DNA from: Candidatus Ozemobacteraceae bacterium
GTDB lineage: Bacteria; Muiribacteriota; Ozemobacteria; Ozemobacterales; Ozemobacteraceae
DNA: 64,000 bases
Reading direction: 5' to 3'
Assembly (NCBI GenBank): GCA_965140445.1
Contig: OZ223236.1
Location: 3,072,001-3,136,000 of the forward strand
How positions within the stretch are numbered: position 1 is the first letter of the stretch; the number at the start of each line of letters is the position of its first letter. Positions 19,860 through 29,981 of the stretch are shown one piece after another. The notes beneath the pieces are model-generated. The model saw nothing but the letters and a program-made list of their open reading frames with translations. It did no database searches and was not told where the DNA came from. The translations under genes and the position numbers were made by a program.

Positions 19860-20414
19860 ATGAAAACAGACAAAGAGCTAATTGAAAACATACTTGCAGG
19901 ACGGCTTGATTGCTTTGAAACAGTAATTGGGCGCTACAAACGTCTTCTTTTCAGTTTCCTTTTGTCTCAACATGGGAATTATCAGGAGGTCGAAGACATT
20001 GTTCAAGAAACATATATTAAGGCTTTTCGGCATCTTGATAAATTCGATCAAAAAAGGAAATTTTCAAATTGGCTTTTAACGATTGCAAAAAATCTTCTAA
20101 TTGATTTGCGCAGAAAAGCTGGTAGAAGTGTTACCTCTACTGAAGTCGTAGAAGAAACTCTTTTAGGGCTTAAAAATGAAGGTGGCGGGGGACAACCCCA
20201 GGAAGAAGTTCTAAAAAAAGAGAAATTTCAGGAAGTTTTTGATTTGATAGGGAAACTTCCTGAAGAAGTTAGAATTCCATTCATTCTAAGAGTGGTAGAC
20301 GAACAATCCTATCAAGACATTGCTGAAAATCTTGAGCTTCCGATTCAAACGGTGAAAAATCGAATCTTTAAGGCTCGTCAGATTTTACGTGAGCAAAAAG
20401 GAAGTAGCTTATGA
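19860..20414 (+). CDS. ECF RNA polymerase sigma factor
   Basis: VEDIVQETYIKAF, FSNWLLTIAKN, SYQDIAENLELPIQTVKNRIFKAR. Confidence 0.93.
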   Translation: MKTDKELIENILAGRLDCFETVIGRYKRLLFSFLLSQHGNYQEVEDIVQETYIKAFRHLDKFDQKRKFSNWLLTIAKNLLIDLRRKAGRSVTSTEVVEETLLGLKNEGGGGQPQEEVLKKEKFQEVFDLIGKLPEEVRIPFILRVVDEQSYQDIAENLELPIQTVKNRIFKARQILREQKGSSL

Positions 20415-21340
20415 AATGCCCTGATACAGAAAAGCTAAATCTTTTTATCGATAATGAGCTTTCTGAAAAAGAGCTCTTAAAGGTAAAAGGGCATCTTAAT
20501 GTTTGCCAAAAGTGTAAAGATGAAGTTGCACAATTGACCAGGTATGAAGAAAAAATAATTGAATCATTCAGATCCTTCTCTGATAACTCAGAGATTAATA
20601 AATCCATCATGGAGAAAATAGGTAAAGAGAAGCTACCAGGTAAAAGTTTCAGCTTCATGGAGCGCGCTCTTCGCATTCTTTTACCAGCATTTGCGCTATG
20701 CCTGATTTTATTTGTCGCTTTAAAATTCAATTCTTACCCCGGGAAAAAGTATCCTGGTTCCGCTAGTTTGATTAGTTGTAAGGCGAAGGATTCAGATGCC
20801 TTTTTTAATCAAAAAGTAATTGTAAAAGAACTGGAATTCAAAGTTCAGCCACTTGAAGTTAATAATTTTGTAGGTGTATTTGATTTTGAAATTGTCTTAT
20901 CGAAAACCAAGAAGATTAATTGGAATGGCAGTGGTTCTTTTTCTATCTCCACCTCTGGTGACATTAATTTTAAAGAAGGAAATGGAATTTTTTCAAACAA
21001 CTCAAGTGAGTCGGTTCTAATTGAGTCTGGTAATAAGACTTACACTCTTGGTGGTTCACCAGTAGAATTGTCAGATAAGGAAGTTGTAAAAGAAAAGATA
21101 AAAAAAGATTCAATGCCTGAATTAAAAAAATCGGAAAAAGTTATCCAGGAAAAGGCATTAGATAAAAAGAACCAAATTGAAAATCCTGTTATAGAAGATG
21201 GTATGCAAAAAAATGAGAAAAAGGACTATAATTCTGAAATAGATGTAGTTGCTCCAACAGGAGATGTCATGGAAGTGGAAAAAGTTAAACAGATGAGCAA
21301 TCCTTTTGATGAAAAGCCACTGGAATTAGTGGGAGACTAA
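20411..21340 (+). CDS. Zinc-finger (ZAS) transmembrane anti-sigma factor
   Basis: HLNVCQKC (HxxxCxxC), single TM, overlaps the sigma stop. Confidence 0.85.
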   Translation: MKCPDTEKLNLFIDNELSEKELLKVKGHLNVCQKCKDEVAQLTRYEEKIIESFRSFSDNSEINKSIMEKIGKEKLPGKSFSFMERALRILLPAFALCLILFVALKFNSYPGKKYPGSASLISCKAKDSDAFFNQKVIVKELEFKVQPLEVNNFVGVFDFEIVLSKTKKINWNGSGSFSISTSGDINFKEGNGIFSNNSSESVLIESGNKTYTLGGSPVELSDKEVVKEKIKKDSMPELKKSEKVIQEKALDKKNQIENPVIEDGMQKNEKKDYNSEIDVVAPTGDVMEVEKVKQMSNPFDEKPLELVGD

Positions 21341-21341
21341 A

Positions 21342-21848
21342 ATGCGTAGAGGCACAAAAGCCTTTTCTTTACTTGAGATTCTTATGGCAATGCTGTTTTT
21401 AAGCCTTGCATTTTTGCCTGTGTACAATCTTTTTAGATTCGGTCAACATGGAACAAAAAATAATTTGAATGAGGTAACAGCAACAAATTATGCATCAGAT
21501 CTGGTTAACTATACTCGAGAGTTAAAAGTCTATCAGATTGACACTATGTTGGGTGGCAAAAAGAAAAAGGTGCTTTTGAAGAATGATAAAGAAATTTCCA
21601 CGGCATTTAAAAGGCTTGGACTGGAAGCGCCTCCTGCAACAGTTAAGCCTTTCTCAAGGAGCATGGAACTTTCTAGTTACAAAGGAAATAATACTAAGGG
21701 ATTCTTTGGCGTTATTGGTTATTTAAGTGATCTTTTCAATGAAAGGCGATCTGTAAAGAACTATTTGGCTAACGTAAAAGTTACTTTCCCCAACACTTCC
21801 GGAAATGGTGAAGATGAGGTTCAGCTCTTTACAATAGTGATGGATTAA
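21342..21848 (+). CDS. Prepilin-type protein (PilV-like minor pilin)
   Basis: KA-FSLLEILMAML type IV prepilin cleavage/methylation motif. Confidence 0.8.
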   Translation: MRRGTKAFSLLEILMAMLFLSLAFLPVYNLFRFGQHGTKNNLNEVTATNYASDLVNYTRELKVYQIDTMLGGKKKKVLLKNDKEISTAFKRLGLEAPPATVKPFSRSMELSSYKGNNTKGFFGVIGYLSDLFNERRSVKNYLANVKVTFPNTSGNGEDEVQLFTIVMD

Positions 21849-21849
21849 C

Positions 21850-22422
21850 ATGAAGAAATCTGGGTTTACCCTTATAGAAATATTAGTTATTTTTGCCTTG
21901 GTGTCGCTTGTTTCTGGCGTCGCATACAGAATTATGTCTGGGACTTTTTCGCAATTTTTTAAATCCCAAACAAAATTGACCAACCTTCGTGCTGCAAGTT
22001 TAATTCTTGAAAGATTGAAATATGACATTCGTCTTGCTATTGCACCAGCCAGTTCTGCAGAAAAAGCTGTTTTAAAAAATGATTCTGGGAAGACGGAGTT
22101 GGAGTTCTATATTAGAGATCATGAAGGAAAGAAAAAAGTCTCCTATAATTTTAAAAATGGCATTGTGGAAAGGGAAGTTGATGGGAAAAAACGGAAACTA
22201 AACCCTGTAAAAGTTGCTGATTTTTCAATCCAGGTCCCAGAAGAGGGAAAAAGCAAAATGCTTATGGTTTCAATTGTTGTAGATCGAGATAAAGATTTGG
22301 AAGATAAGGATATTAACAAAAAAGGAAATAAAGTTGAATTAAGAGCAATTTTGTTTCCTAGATTTTTTCAGGAATCTCTTAGCGATGAAGAAAAATACTG
22401 GAATTTAGCTCGAAATTTTTAA
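21850..22422 (+). CDS. Prepilin-type protein (PilW/PulJ-like)
   Basis: KKSG-FTLIEILV motif. Confidence 0.85.
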   Translation: MKKSGFTLIEILVIFALVSLVSGVAYRIMSGTFSQFFKSQTKLTNLRAASLILERLKYDIRLAIAPASSAEKAVLKNDSGKTELEFYIRDHEGKKKVSYNFKNGIVEREVDGKKRKLNPVKVADFSIQVPEEGKSKMLMVSIVVDRDKDLEDKDINKKGNKVELRAILFPRFFQESLSDEEKYWNLARNF

Positions 22423-22433
22423 AGGAGGCACTT

Positions 22434-22922
22434 ATGATGATGCCTAAGAAAATAGCATTAAGTTTGATTATTTTGTCTATTACATTCTCAACAACGGGGT
22501 TTGCTTTAACAACACACCAGTTTGCATCAGGCGACACTTTGTGGGATCTTGCTGCGAAACACTATGGAGATCCAACGCTATACCCTGTTTTACTGGAAGT
22601 GAACGGAATAGACAATCCAAGAACTATTCCAACTGGAAAGACAATTATTATTCCGGACAAAGATCAGATGAAAGAAATTGCTACTGAAAAAGATCCTACA
22701 AAAAAACAGAGGCTAATTGTAACAGCGACTTCTGGTGTACGCCCTGATGAAACATCAACAAATACATCTACAAATACTCAAACTCAGAATGGGCAAGAAT
22801 TTGAGTCAAGATATTCTGGGGATACAATTAGATCAAGCGAAACTTCTTTTAAGGCAATTTTAAAAGGGCCAAAAGTCGGTGGTGAAAAACTGATAAAGTA
22901 TTCGGATCAGGATAAAAAATAA
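22434..22922 (+). CDS. Secreted LysM-domain protein
   Basis: Signal peptide; GDTLWDLAAKHYGDPTLYPVLLEVNGIDNPRTIPTG. Confidence 0.9.
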   Translation: MMMPKKIALSLIILSITFSTTGFALTTHQFASGDTLWDLAAKHYGDPTLYPVLLEVNGIDNPRTIPTGKTIIIPDKDQMKEIATEKDPTKKQRLIVTATSGVRPDETSTNTSTNTQTQNGQEFESRYSGDTIRSSETSFKAILKGPKVGGEKLIKYSDQDKK

Positions 22923-22935
22923 AAATTATGTACCC

Positions 22936-22964
22936 TTGACACTATTATAATTGATAGTTAAAAT
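22936..22964 (+). promoter_or_regulatory. sigma70-type promoter
   Basis: TTGACA-17 nt-TAAAAT. Confidence 0.65.
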
Positions 22965-23039
22965 TATAACATTCTCTTCACAAGAGTATCAGAGTATTTT
23001 AAATGTATTAATGTCCTATAAGCTAAAGGAGAATAGAGT

Positions 23040-24533
23040 ATGAGACGCAGCCTTATTGCTGTTTGTTGTGGTGCATTATTGAGTGTAGGGACTCTTGCAG
23101 GTGCAACTACAGTTCAAAGCCTTGTTAAGGTAAAAAAACTAACCAGTAAACAAATTACAAAACTTGCAAATGCAGGTTATGACATTGCAAAAGAAGGCAA
23201 AGGCTATGCCGAAATGGTTTTAAGTAAAGAAGAAATGGATGCATTTCTTAATAAAGGTCATCCTCTTGAAATCATTATTCCAGATGTTGATCAATACATT
23301 CAGGATATACAAAAAAAGCAGACTAAGAATGCACAGTATTATACTTTTAAAACTATGCAGACTCAGCTCCAGAAATGGGCCAAAGACTACTCTGATATCT
23401 GCAGATTAGAATCTCTTGGAAAAAGTTGGGAAAAAAGAGATATCTGGGGACTGAAAATTAGTGATAACCCAAATATTGATGAAAATGAGCCAGCTGCATT
23501 GATTATGGGTGACCATCATGCAAGAGAATGGCCTTCTGTTGAAGTTCCGATGGCAACTGCCAAAGATCTTCTTGAAAACTATAGTCACGATGAAAAAATT
23601 AAGTGGCTTGTAGATAACAGAGAAATCTGGTTTGTACCAATGGTTAACCCAGATGGAATGACTTATTCTCAGGAAAAAAGTCGAATGTGGCGTAAAAATC
23701 GCAGAGATAATGGCGATGGACGTTTTGGCGTAGATCCTAATAGAAACTGGGGATACCAGTGGGGTAATGTTGGTTCAAGTAACTCAACTTATTCTGACAC
23801 CTATCATGGCCCTAAAGCCTTTAGTGAACCAGAAGTTTGCGCCGTAAGAGATTTAGCTATTCGTGAAAAATTTAATGCAAGTATTTCCTGTCATACTTAT
23901 TCAGAATTAATTCTTTATCCTTTTGGCTACGCTTATAATGTTCCAAATCAGGATGTTAAGATCTTTAAGAAAATGGCTGGCGATATGGCAAGATTTAATG
24001 GTTACACCCCACAGAATAGTGCAGAGCTTTATCCTGCAATGGGTGACAGTGATGACTATCTTTACGGCGAACTTAAGACTCTTGCGTTTACGTTCGAACT
24101 TTGTTCAACCTTTATTCCAAATCCAAATCAAATCGATGATTTCTGTGGCGACAACGTTCCTGCAGTTAAGTATTTGATTGAAAAAGCCGGAACTTTGGGT
24201 GTTGTTGCAACAGTTGGAAATGAAGATGTAATTAGTCAGTTAGATTTCAAATCTGCTATCTGCGCAGTCGAAGACGCTTATTCTCTTTTTGATAACGATG
24301 ATCATATGAAAATCAGAAATGATGTTCTTAATAAAGTTGAAAGTGTCAGCAAAAGAATAGCTAATATCGTTACTGCTGATCTTAAAAATGGTAACACCGA
24401 AACTTTTGAAAGAGTTAAGAAATCAAGTGTTGCAGGATTAGCTCTTTCGTTTATTAAAAACAGGGTTTTGTTTGAAAATGCTCATGGCGATGTTTTCAGA
24501 GCCGATATTATTCAACAAATAAATAAGCTTTAA
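23040..24533 (+). CDS. Secreted M14 zinc carboxypeptidase (carboxypeptidase T-like)
   Basis: HAREW, WRKNR, GVDPNRN, SCHTYS, FTFEL. Confidence 0.92.
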   Translation: MRRSLIAVCCGALLSVGTLAGATTVQSLVKVKKLTSKQITKLANAGYDIAKEGKGYAEMVLSKEEMDAFLNKGHPLEIIIPDVDQYIQDIQKKQTKNAQYYTFKTMQTQLQKWAKDYSDICRLESLGKSWEKRDIWGLKISDNPNIDENEPAALIMGDHHAREWPSVEVPMATAKDLLENYSHDEKIKWLVDNREIWFVPMVNPDGMTYSQEKSRMWRKNRRDNGDGRFGVDPNRNWGYQWGNVGSSNSTYSDTYHGPKAFSEPEVCAVRDLAIREKFNASISCHTYSELILYPFGYAYNVPNQDVKIFKKMAGDMARFNGYTPQNSAELYPAMGDSDDYLYGELKTLAFTFELCSTFIPNPNQIDDFCGDNVPAVKYLIEKAGTLGVVATVGNEDVISQLDFKSAICAVEDAYSLFDNDDHMKIRNDVLNKVESVSKRIANIVTADLKNGNTETFERVKKSSVAGLALSFIKNRVLFENAHGDVFRADIIQQINKL

Positions 24534-24562
24534 ACCTTTTATAAAAAAAACTAACGTGATAT

Positions 24563-24589
24563 AATGAACCACCACTATGGTGGTTCATT
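24563..24589 (+). terminator. Perfect 12-bp hairpin (terminator or operator)
   Basis: AATGAACCACCA-CTA-TGGTGGTTCATT followed by TTCT. Confidence 0.55.
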
Positions 24590-24595
24590 TTCTAT

Positions 24596-25843
24596 ATGAG
24601 ACAAAATATTAAATTAACAGATGTAACTATTTTCACCGGCTATAGCTATATTGGCTCTTGCCGTGAGTTCGTATGGATTCCTGGTGACAGAATCGGCACA
24701 AAACAAATGCCATCCAGGTTCATTTTCAGAGGCTTAAAGTGCGAGTATGATGTAGAAGCCTTGATGATTAGAAAAGATTTGTATTTAAGAACCACGGATG
24801 GCAAAGAATACATAGTTGCAGATTTCCAAATTACAGACATTAATGATATTGAAAATGTTGGCGGAATAGCCAAGAACTTTGCCCTTCTCTTTGAAAAATT
24901 CCCCGAGATGAAAGCAATTACAGACGGGGAAAAGGTTGTTATTTCCAAAAAAACTCAAGTCGTTGCATTTAAAGCTGTTTCAAATGTTATACACAGCGTT
25001 AGAGCCGGTCATGGAATCGATTCCGGCCAAACAAAAGAGGTTTCAGAAAAGCTTGTTGAAGAAGTTTTACAGGCTCCAGATGCAATAATGAACTTGATGA
25101 ATATTAAATCATTTGATGATTATACTTTTACTCACAATGTTAACGTTGCAACTATTTCACTATTGATTGGACAAGCACTTGGACTAACTTTAGATGATAT
25201 GAATGAGTTGGGAACCGGAGCTTTATTGCACGATGTTGGAAAACTGAAAATTCCACTTAGCATACTTAATAAAGATGGCAAGCTCACAGATGAAGAATTT
25301 TCAGAGATGAGAAGCCATCCAACTTATGGATATGAAATCCTTTGCAAATCTAGTGGAATAACTGAAAGAGCAAAAATGGTCTGTCTCCAGCATCATGAAA
25401 AATTTGGTGGAGGCGGTTATCCTAAAAGGTTGAAAGGTCAGCAAATAAACCTTTTTGCCAGGATTTGTGCTGTTGCCGATGTTTATGACGCTTTAACTAC
25501 TGATCGACCTTACAGGGTTGCCATGAGTCCTTATGAAGCAATGAAGATTTTGAATGCAGGAATAGACAATCATTTTGATCCAAAAGTATTGACAGCATTT
25601 ATTAGAAAATTTTCACTATACCCTGCGGGAAGCCTTGTTGCACTAAATGATGGCTCTGTTGCCCTTGTTCTTAAAAACAATCCCGGATCTGTGATACGCC
25701 CGGTCATTAAGGTTGTTAGAGATGCAAAAAACAAGAAGCTCAAAGATAGAGTAGAAATAGATTTGAGAGAATTTAAAGATCTGTATATTAAAGGTCCAGC
25801 AGATCCTAGGGTATTAAATGTTACAGATGGACACGTTGCCTAA
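24596..25843 (+). CDS. HD-GYP cyclic dinucleotide phosphodiesterase
   Basis: DYTFTH, LLHDVGK, QHHEKFGGGGYP, VADVYDALTTDRPY. Confidence 0.92.
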   Translation: MRQNIKLTDVTIFTGYSYIGSCREFVWIPGDRIGTKQMPSRFIFRGLKCEYDVEALMIRKDLYLRTTDGKEYIVADFQITDINDIENVGGIAKNFALLFEKFPEMKAITDGEKVVISKKTQVVAFKAVSNVIHSVRAGHGIDSGQTKEVSEKLVEEVLQAPDAIMNLMNIKSFDDYTFTHNVNVATISLLIGQALGLTLDDMNELGTGALLHDVGKLKIPLSILNKDGKLTDEEFSEMRSHPTYGYEILCKSSGITERAKMVCLQHHEKFGGGGYPKRLKGQQINLFARICAVADVYDALTTDRPYRVAMSPYEAMKILNAGIDNHFDPKVLTAFIRKFSLYPAGSLVALNDGSVALVLKNNPGSVIRPVIKVVRDAKNKKLKDRVEIDLREFKDLYIKGPADPRVLNVTDGHVA

Positions 25844-26282
25844 AAAGACTATTTTATTTGTCCTGCTGGGGTTCCTGGTTTTTTTTCAATCAGGAATTGC
25901 TTTTTGTGAAAACAATGAATTCAAGTTGAATTTACCCAAAATTATTTCTGAAAAAGGTCATTTAAGCCTATCAGTAGAATCATCAAGGGATGGATTTTCA
26001 AAAAGACTCTTTATCATTCCTGATCGGGCAGAAATCTGGTTAGATAACAGGAGATTAGCTTCCAAATCGATCGGCGAACCAGGTACCGTAAGAGAAAAGC
26101 ACAAAGCACTATTTTTGTTTCCATCGATAGCATTAGAAAGTGGCTATTACTTTATTACAATAAGGCTGTATTACGAAAACCCAATTACTAATAGAAGACA
26201 ATGGGATGGTAAAACCTTTCAAGTAGGGATCCATCCGGGCAAAATTACCAGAATAAGCAAAAAAATTAGAATCGGATTGTAA
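25818..26282 (+). CDS. Exported hypothetical protein
   Basis: Signal-peptide-like N-terminus; coupled to neighbours. Confidence 0.55.
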   Translation: MLQMDTLPKKTILFVLLGFLVFFQSGIAFCENNEFKLNLPKIISEKGHLSLSVESSRDGFSKRLFIIPDRAEIWLDNRRLASKSIGEPGTVREKHKALFLFPSIALESGYYFITIRLYYENPITNRRQWDGKTFQVGIHPGKITRISKKIRIGL

Positions 26283-26285
26283 AAA

Positions 26286-26909
26286 ATGGGAACTTTTTTA
26301 ACCCCAGACCAGTCAAACAATGTAGACGTGGAAAATCAAGATGAAATTGTACTGGTTAAAGCTGCTGCTGCAGGTAATCAAAAAGCATTTGAAAAACTCG
26401 TATCTGCTTACGAAAGGCAGATATATGTTTTGTGTTTCAGGTTTTTTAACAACGAAGAAGATGCTCTGGATATGACTCAAGAGGTCTTTCTAAAAGTTTT
26501 TAGGTCATTAAAAAACTTTGAAGGACGATCTTCTTTTAAAACCTGGATATATAAAATTGCTTCAAATTCTTGCATCACTCATTCTGCAAGAAAAAAGAAG
26601 GAAAAGGAGGGTTTCTTTCAAGGGATTCTGGATTGGTGGACTAAAAAACAGACCGCAGAGACCCCGGAAGAACAAACAATCGACATGGAATCTAGAACAG
26701 AAACCCAAAAAATTGTAAGTGAGAAAATTTCAAACCTGCCAGACATTTACAGGATGCCAGTTATATTAAAAGATATTGAAGGTGTTCCGCTTGAAAGAAT
26801 AGCTGAAATTCAAGGAATACCAATAGGAACCGTTAAATCCAGAATTAACAGGGGAAGGCGAATGTTACAGGAATCTTTAAGCGCTTTCCGCCATGGGAGA
26901 AATATATGA
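26286..26909 (+). CDS. ECF sigma factor (RpoE/SigW-like)
   Basis: DALDMTQEVFLKVF, SFKTWIYKIASN, IPIGTVKSRINRGR. Confidence 0.93.
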   Translation: MGTFLTPDQSNNVDVENQDEIVLVKAAAAGNQKAFEKLVSAYERQIYVLCFRFFNNEEDALDMTQEVFLKVFRSLKNFEGRSSFKTWIYKIASNSCITHSARKKKEKEGFFQGILDWWTKKQTAETPEEQTIDMESRTETQKIVSEKISNLPDIYRMPVILKDIEGVPLERIAEIQGIPIGTVKSRINRGRRMLQESLSAFRHGRNI

Positions 26910-27481
26910 ATAAGTGCCAGGTTTATATGGATTATCTAGAAAAATATGGACTTGATGAAGATAGCAAAGAGTGGACGGACGTTTATTCGCATGCTTTAAG
27001 ATGCCCGGATTGTTCTATTGATATAAAAGACAGGAAAATATTGATGGAAGCAATGGCTGAAATGCCTTCTGTAGAAACACCTGCCGGGCTTCATAATTAC
27101 ATCATGCAAAACCTGGAGAATGAAAATGCAGGGGATGTAGAAGAAATTTCTATCTTTGACAATCTGTTTGATAAATTTGCACGACCATTGCAGGTTTCAA
27201 TCTCTTTGGCATGCGTTTTTATGATCTTTTCTCTTATGCACTTACCGGCTAAACACTCTCCTGTTGCTGCTTCAAGAATAGAGATTGCAAAGAAGGAACC
27301 AGCATTGTTGCAGGTTGCAAGTGAGATGACTAATTCTGAAAAGCTTGAAGATGTTTCTCAAGAAGAAATTAAAAATTTCCTGAATAAGTTGGAAAAATTT
27401 AGAAAATCTCATCCTGAAGCAGAAAAAAGACTTCCCATACCCGCAACGCCAGAATTACGGCTTGTAATTGATCAGAATTAG
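26906..27481 (+). CDS. ZAS-type transmembrane anti-sigma factor
   Basis: HALRCPDC motif, single TM, overlaps the sigma stop. Confidence 0.8.
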   Translation: MNKCQVYMDYLEKYGLDEDSKEWTDVYSHALRCPDCSIDIKDRKILMEAMAEMPSVETPAGLHNYIMQNLENENAGDVEEISIFDNLFDKFARPLQVSISLACVFMIFSLMHLPAKHSPVAASRIEIAKKEPALLQVASEMTNSEKLEDVSQEEIKNFLNKLEKFRKSHPEAEKRLPIPATPELRLVIDQN

Positions 27482-27496
27482 TCAGGAGAGAAAAAA

Positions 27497-28864
27497 ATGT
27501 TTAGAAGCCGTGTATTTTTTCTAATTTTGGTATTGATTGGCTCTTGCTTTGTTACTTTAAACGCCGCTCCTGCTGAATTGTTTGGGACTTCACTAATTGC
27601 AGATATTGCAGAGCAGGCAAATAAATCCGTTGTTTCAATTGAATCTATCCACTATGTTCGCACCAGAAGGGGTGTTGGCTCTGGTGATCCTTTCTTGGAC
27701 CGTATTTTTGGTCATTTGTTTGAAGATAATTTTAACGGATCAAACAATGTTATCCCACAAAAAGGAAACGGCTCCGGGGTAATTATCAGTCCGGAAGGCC
27801 ATCTGTTGACTAACGAACATGTGATAGCTGGAGCGGATGAAATTCAGGTTAACTTTGATAATGGGAAAAAATATAAAGCCAAAGTGATTGGTAAAGATAT
27901 CAGGACCGATTTGGCTGTGTTAAAAATAGATTCAAAAGAAAAGCTTGATTATGTACCAATTGGGGATTCATCCAAACTCCGTGTTGGTGAATGGGTTGTA
28001 GCTATAGGAAATCCTTTTGGTCTGGGAATTACCGTTACAGCTGGTGTTGTTTCAGCACTGGATAGAGATCTTTCAGTCGATCAGGAAAGAAGTTATAAAA
28101 AGCTTATTCAGACTGATGCTTCCATTAATCCAGGAAACTCTGGTGGAGCATTGTTAAATTCAAAAGGTGAGCTGATTGGTATTAATACAGCTATTATTCC
28201 ATATGGACAAGGAATTGGTTTTGCTATTCCTGTAAATTTAGCCAAAAGAATCGTTGGGGATCTAATAGCATACGGTAGGGTAAAAAAGCCATTTCTTGGG
28301 GTTACTGCCCAGGAGATTACAAAGGCACTGGCAGAATATTTTGAGATTCCGGAAGAGGGTGTCCTGGTTACAGATGTTTCGAAGGATTCTGCAGCAGAGA
28401 AAGCTGGTTTAAAGCCCGGCGATGCTATATTAGAAATTGATGGAATCAAAATTAAATCCCTTATTGAGTTTCAGGATAGTTTGCGTGAGCATCGGGTAGG
28501 GGAAAAAGCTACTTTTAAAATTTTCCGAAAAGGTAAAGAGGGAATCTGCGAAGTTATTTTTAAAGAAACCCCTTTAGCTAAAAATGTTTTAGGAGTTGGA
28601 GTTAGCGAAATAGATTTGAACCTGGTTCGCAAATATTATTTGTATGTCAACAACGGAGTTGTAATTACTTCAGTTGATCCTGGTTCACCTGCGGAAAAAG
28701 CGGGTTTGAAGCCTGGAGATGTCATTCAGGGTATAAATCGTGCAGAGATTTCTTACAAAAAAGATTTTGACTCGATAATTGGAATGCTTAAAAACTCTGG
28801 AAAAGCGATGCTTAGAGTAGTAAGAGGCCAAACTGTAAATCTTTTACTGGTATTTCTTAAATAA
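27497..28864 (+). CDS. degP: HtrA/DegP serine protease with two PDZ domains
   Basis: TNEHV, TDLAV, QTDASINPGNSGG, two SxAEKAGLKPGD PDZ motifs. Confidence 0.93.
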   Translation: MFRSRVFFLILVLIGSCFVTLNAAPAELFGTSLIADIAEQANKSVVSIESIHYVRTRRGVGSGDPFLDRIFGHLFEDNFNGSNNVIPQKGNGSGVIISPEGHLLTNEHVIAGADEIQVNFDNGKKYKAKVIGKDIRTDLAVLKIDSKEKLDYVPIGDSSKLRVGEWVVAIGNPFGLGITVTAGVVSALDRDLSVDQERSYKKLIQTDASINPGNSGGALLNSKGELIGINTAIIPYGQGIGFAIPVNLAKRIVGDLIAYGRVKKPFLGVTAQEITKALAEYFEIPEEGVLVTDVSKDSAAEKAGLKPGDAILEIDGIKIKSLIEFQDSLREHRVGEKATFKIFRKGKEGICEVIFKETPLAKNVLGVGVSEIDLNLVRKYYLYVNNGVVITSVDPGSPAEKAGLKPGDVIQGINRAEISYKKDFDSIIGMLKNSGKAMLRVVRGQTVNLLLVFLK

Positions 28865-28889
28865 AATTTAACAATTTTTTTAAAAAATA

Positions 28890-28918
28890 TTGCAATCGCC
28901 TAATCCTCTTCGTATAAT
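28890..28918 (+). promoter_or_regulatory. sigma70-type promoter
   Basis: TTGCAA-17 nt-TATAAT; GGAGG RBS downstream. Confidence 0.65.
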
Positions 28919-28954
28919 CGTCATATAAACCTCACCCAACGGAGGGACCGTTCA

Positions 28955-29407
28955 ATGCAATTGGTTGATGTGCTTAAGGAGAATTTAGTTTTCCTTAATT
29001 TCGAAGCAGAAAACAAAGAAATGGCAATGGAAAAGCTCATTGCCGCCCTTGAAGAGTCTGGAACTATCCAGGAACCTATGGTACTGAAAACAGCTCTTTA
29101 TGAAAGAGAAAAGCTCGGTACAACCGGCGTAGGTGGCGGAATTGCTATGCCACACGCTAGATCAAGTGCAATAAAAGATTTAACCGTTGCATTTTTTAGA
29201 TCAGAAAAAGGTATTGATTTTAAATCAATCGATGGAAAGCCTGTTAACTTGATTTTCATGCTTTTGGCGCCAATCTCATCTGGTGGACCTTACCTGAAAT
29301 TATTGGCTAAAATTTCCAGATTGTTAAGAAGCGATGAATTCAGAGATGCTTTGATGGAAGCTGGAACACCACAAAAGGTTATCGAGATTATTCAGGAAAA
29401 CGAATAG
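28955..29407 (+). CDS. PTS EIIA domain protein (Fru/Ntr family)
   Basis: EREKLGTTGVGGGIAMPHAR with phospho-His. Confidence 0.92.
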   Translation: MQLVDVLKENLVFLNFEAENKEMAMEKLIAALEESGTIQEPMVLKTALYEREKLGTTGVGGGIAMPHARSSAIKDLTVAFFRSEKGIDFKSIDGKPVNLIFMLLAPISSGGPYLKLLAKISRLLRSDEFRDALMEAGTPQKVIEIIQENE

Positions 29408-29426
29408 GAGAATAGCGAGGCCTTTT

Positions 29427-29903
29427 TTGAAGATTCCAATCAAAAAGTATTTAACAATTTTGACCCTGTTCACCCTTACGGGTGCAGGGTTTTCTTATTC
29501 TATTCCGACTGCTTTTGGGCAAGATCGATTTATGATTGCTCAAGCAGATAAAAAGGCTAAATCCAAGAAAACGGATGATAAAAAGGTTAGCAAAGAAACT
29601 GATGAAGAAGAATCAGATGCTCTTTTCCTTGAAACAGAAAAAGAAAATCGAGATTATCTTCCAGAAATTTTTAGATGTCCAGAGTGTGGATATGAGCAGG
29701 ATGAAGAAGGTTTTTGCCCGGACCATGACAAAATGGAGCTGGTCAAAATAAAATCAAAAGGCCGAGATCCTTTGGCTCCCATGGAACTTGATGGGAATGA
29801 GGACATTGTTGTTGATATCCCTCTAACCAGCCTTGAGTTTAAAAAGAATCAAAAACCTGAGCCCGCTAGCGGTTCAAGGACCATTAAACCAAAAGGAGGG
29901 TGA
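29427..29903 (+). CDS. Exported protein with CxxC...CxxH metal-binding motif
   Basis: Signal peptide; FRCPECGYEQDEEGFCPDH. Confidence 0.6.
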   Translation: MKIPIKKYLTILTLFTLTGAGFSYSIPTAFGQDRFMIAQADKKAKSKKTDDKKVSKETDEEESDALFLETEKENRDYLPEIFRCPECGYEQDEEGFCPDHDKMELVKIKSKGRDPLAPMELDGNEDIVVDIPLTSLEFKKNQKPEPASGSRTIKPKGG

Positions 29904-29981
29904 CCCGATAAGCAAGAGCTTTGAAAGTTTTGGTGTTTTTGAGAACTCGATTTTAATTAAATTAGATAATCAGGAGTAGGA

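Noticed and set aside
26286..28864. ECF sigma, anti-sigma, degP as a novel system
   Set aside because: Well-known envelope-stress operon arrangement
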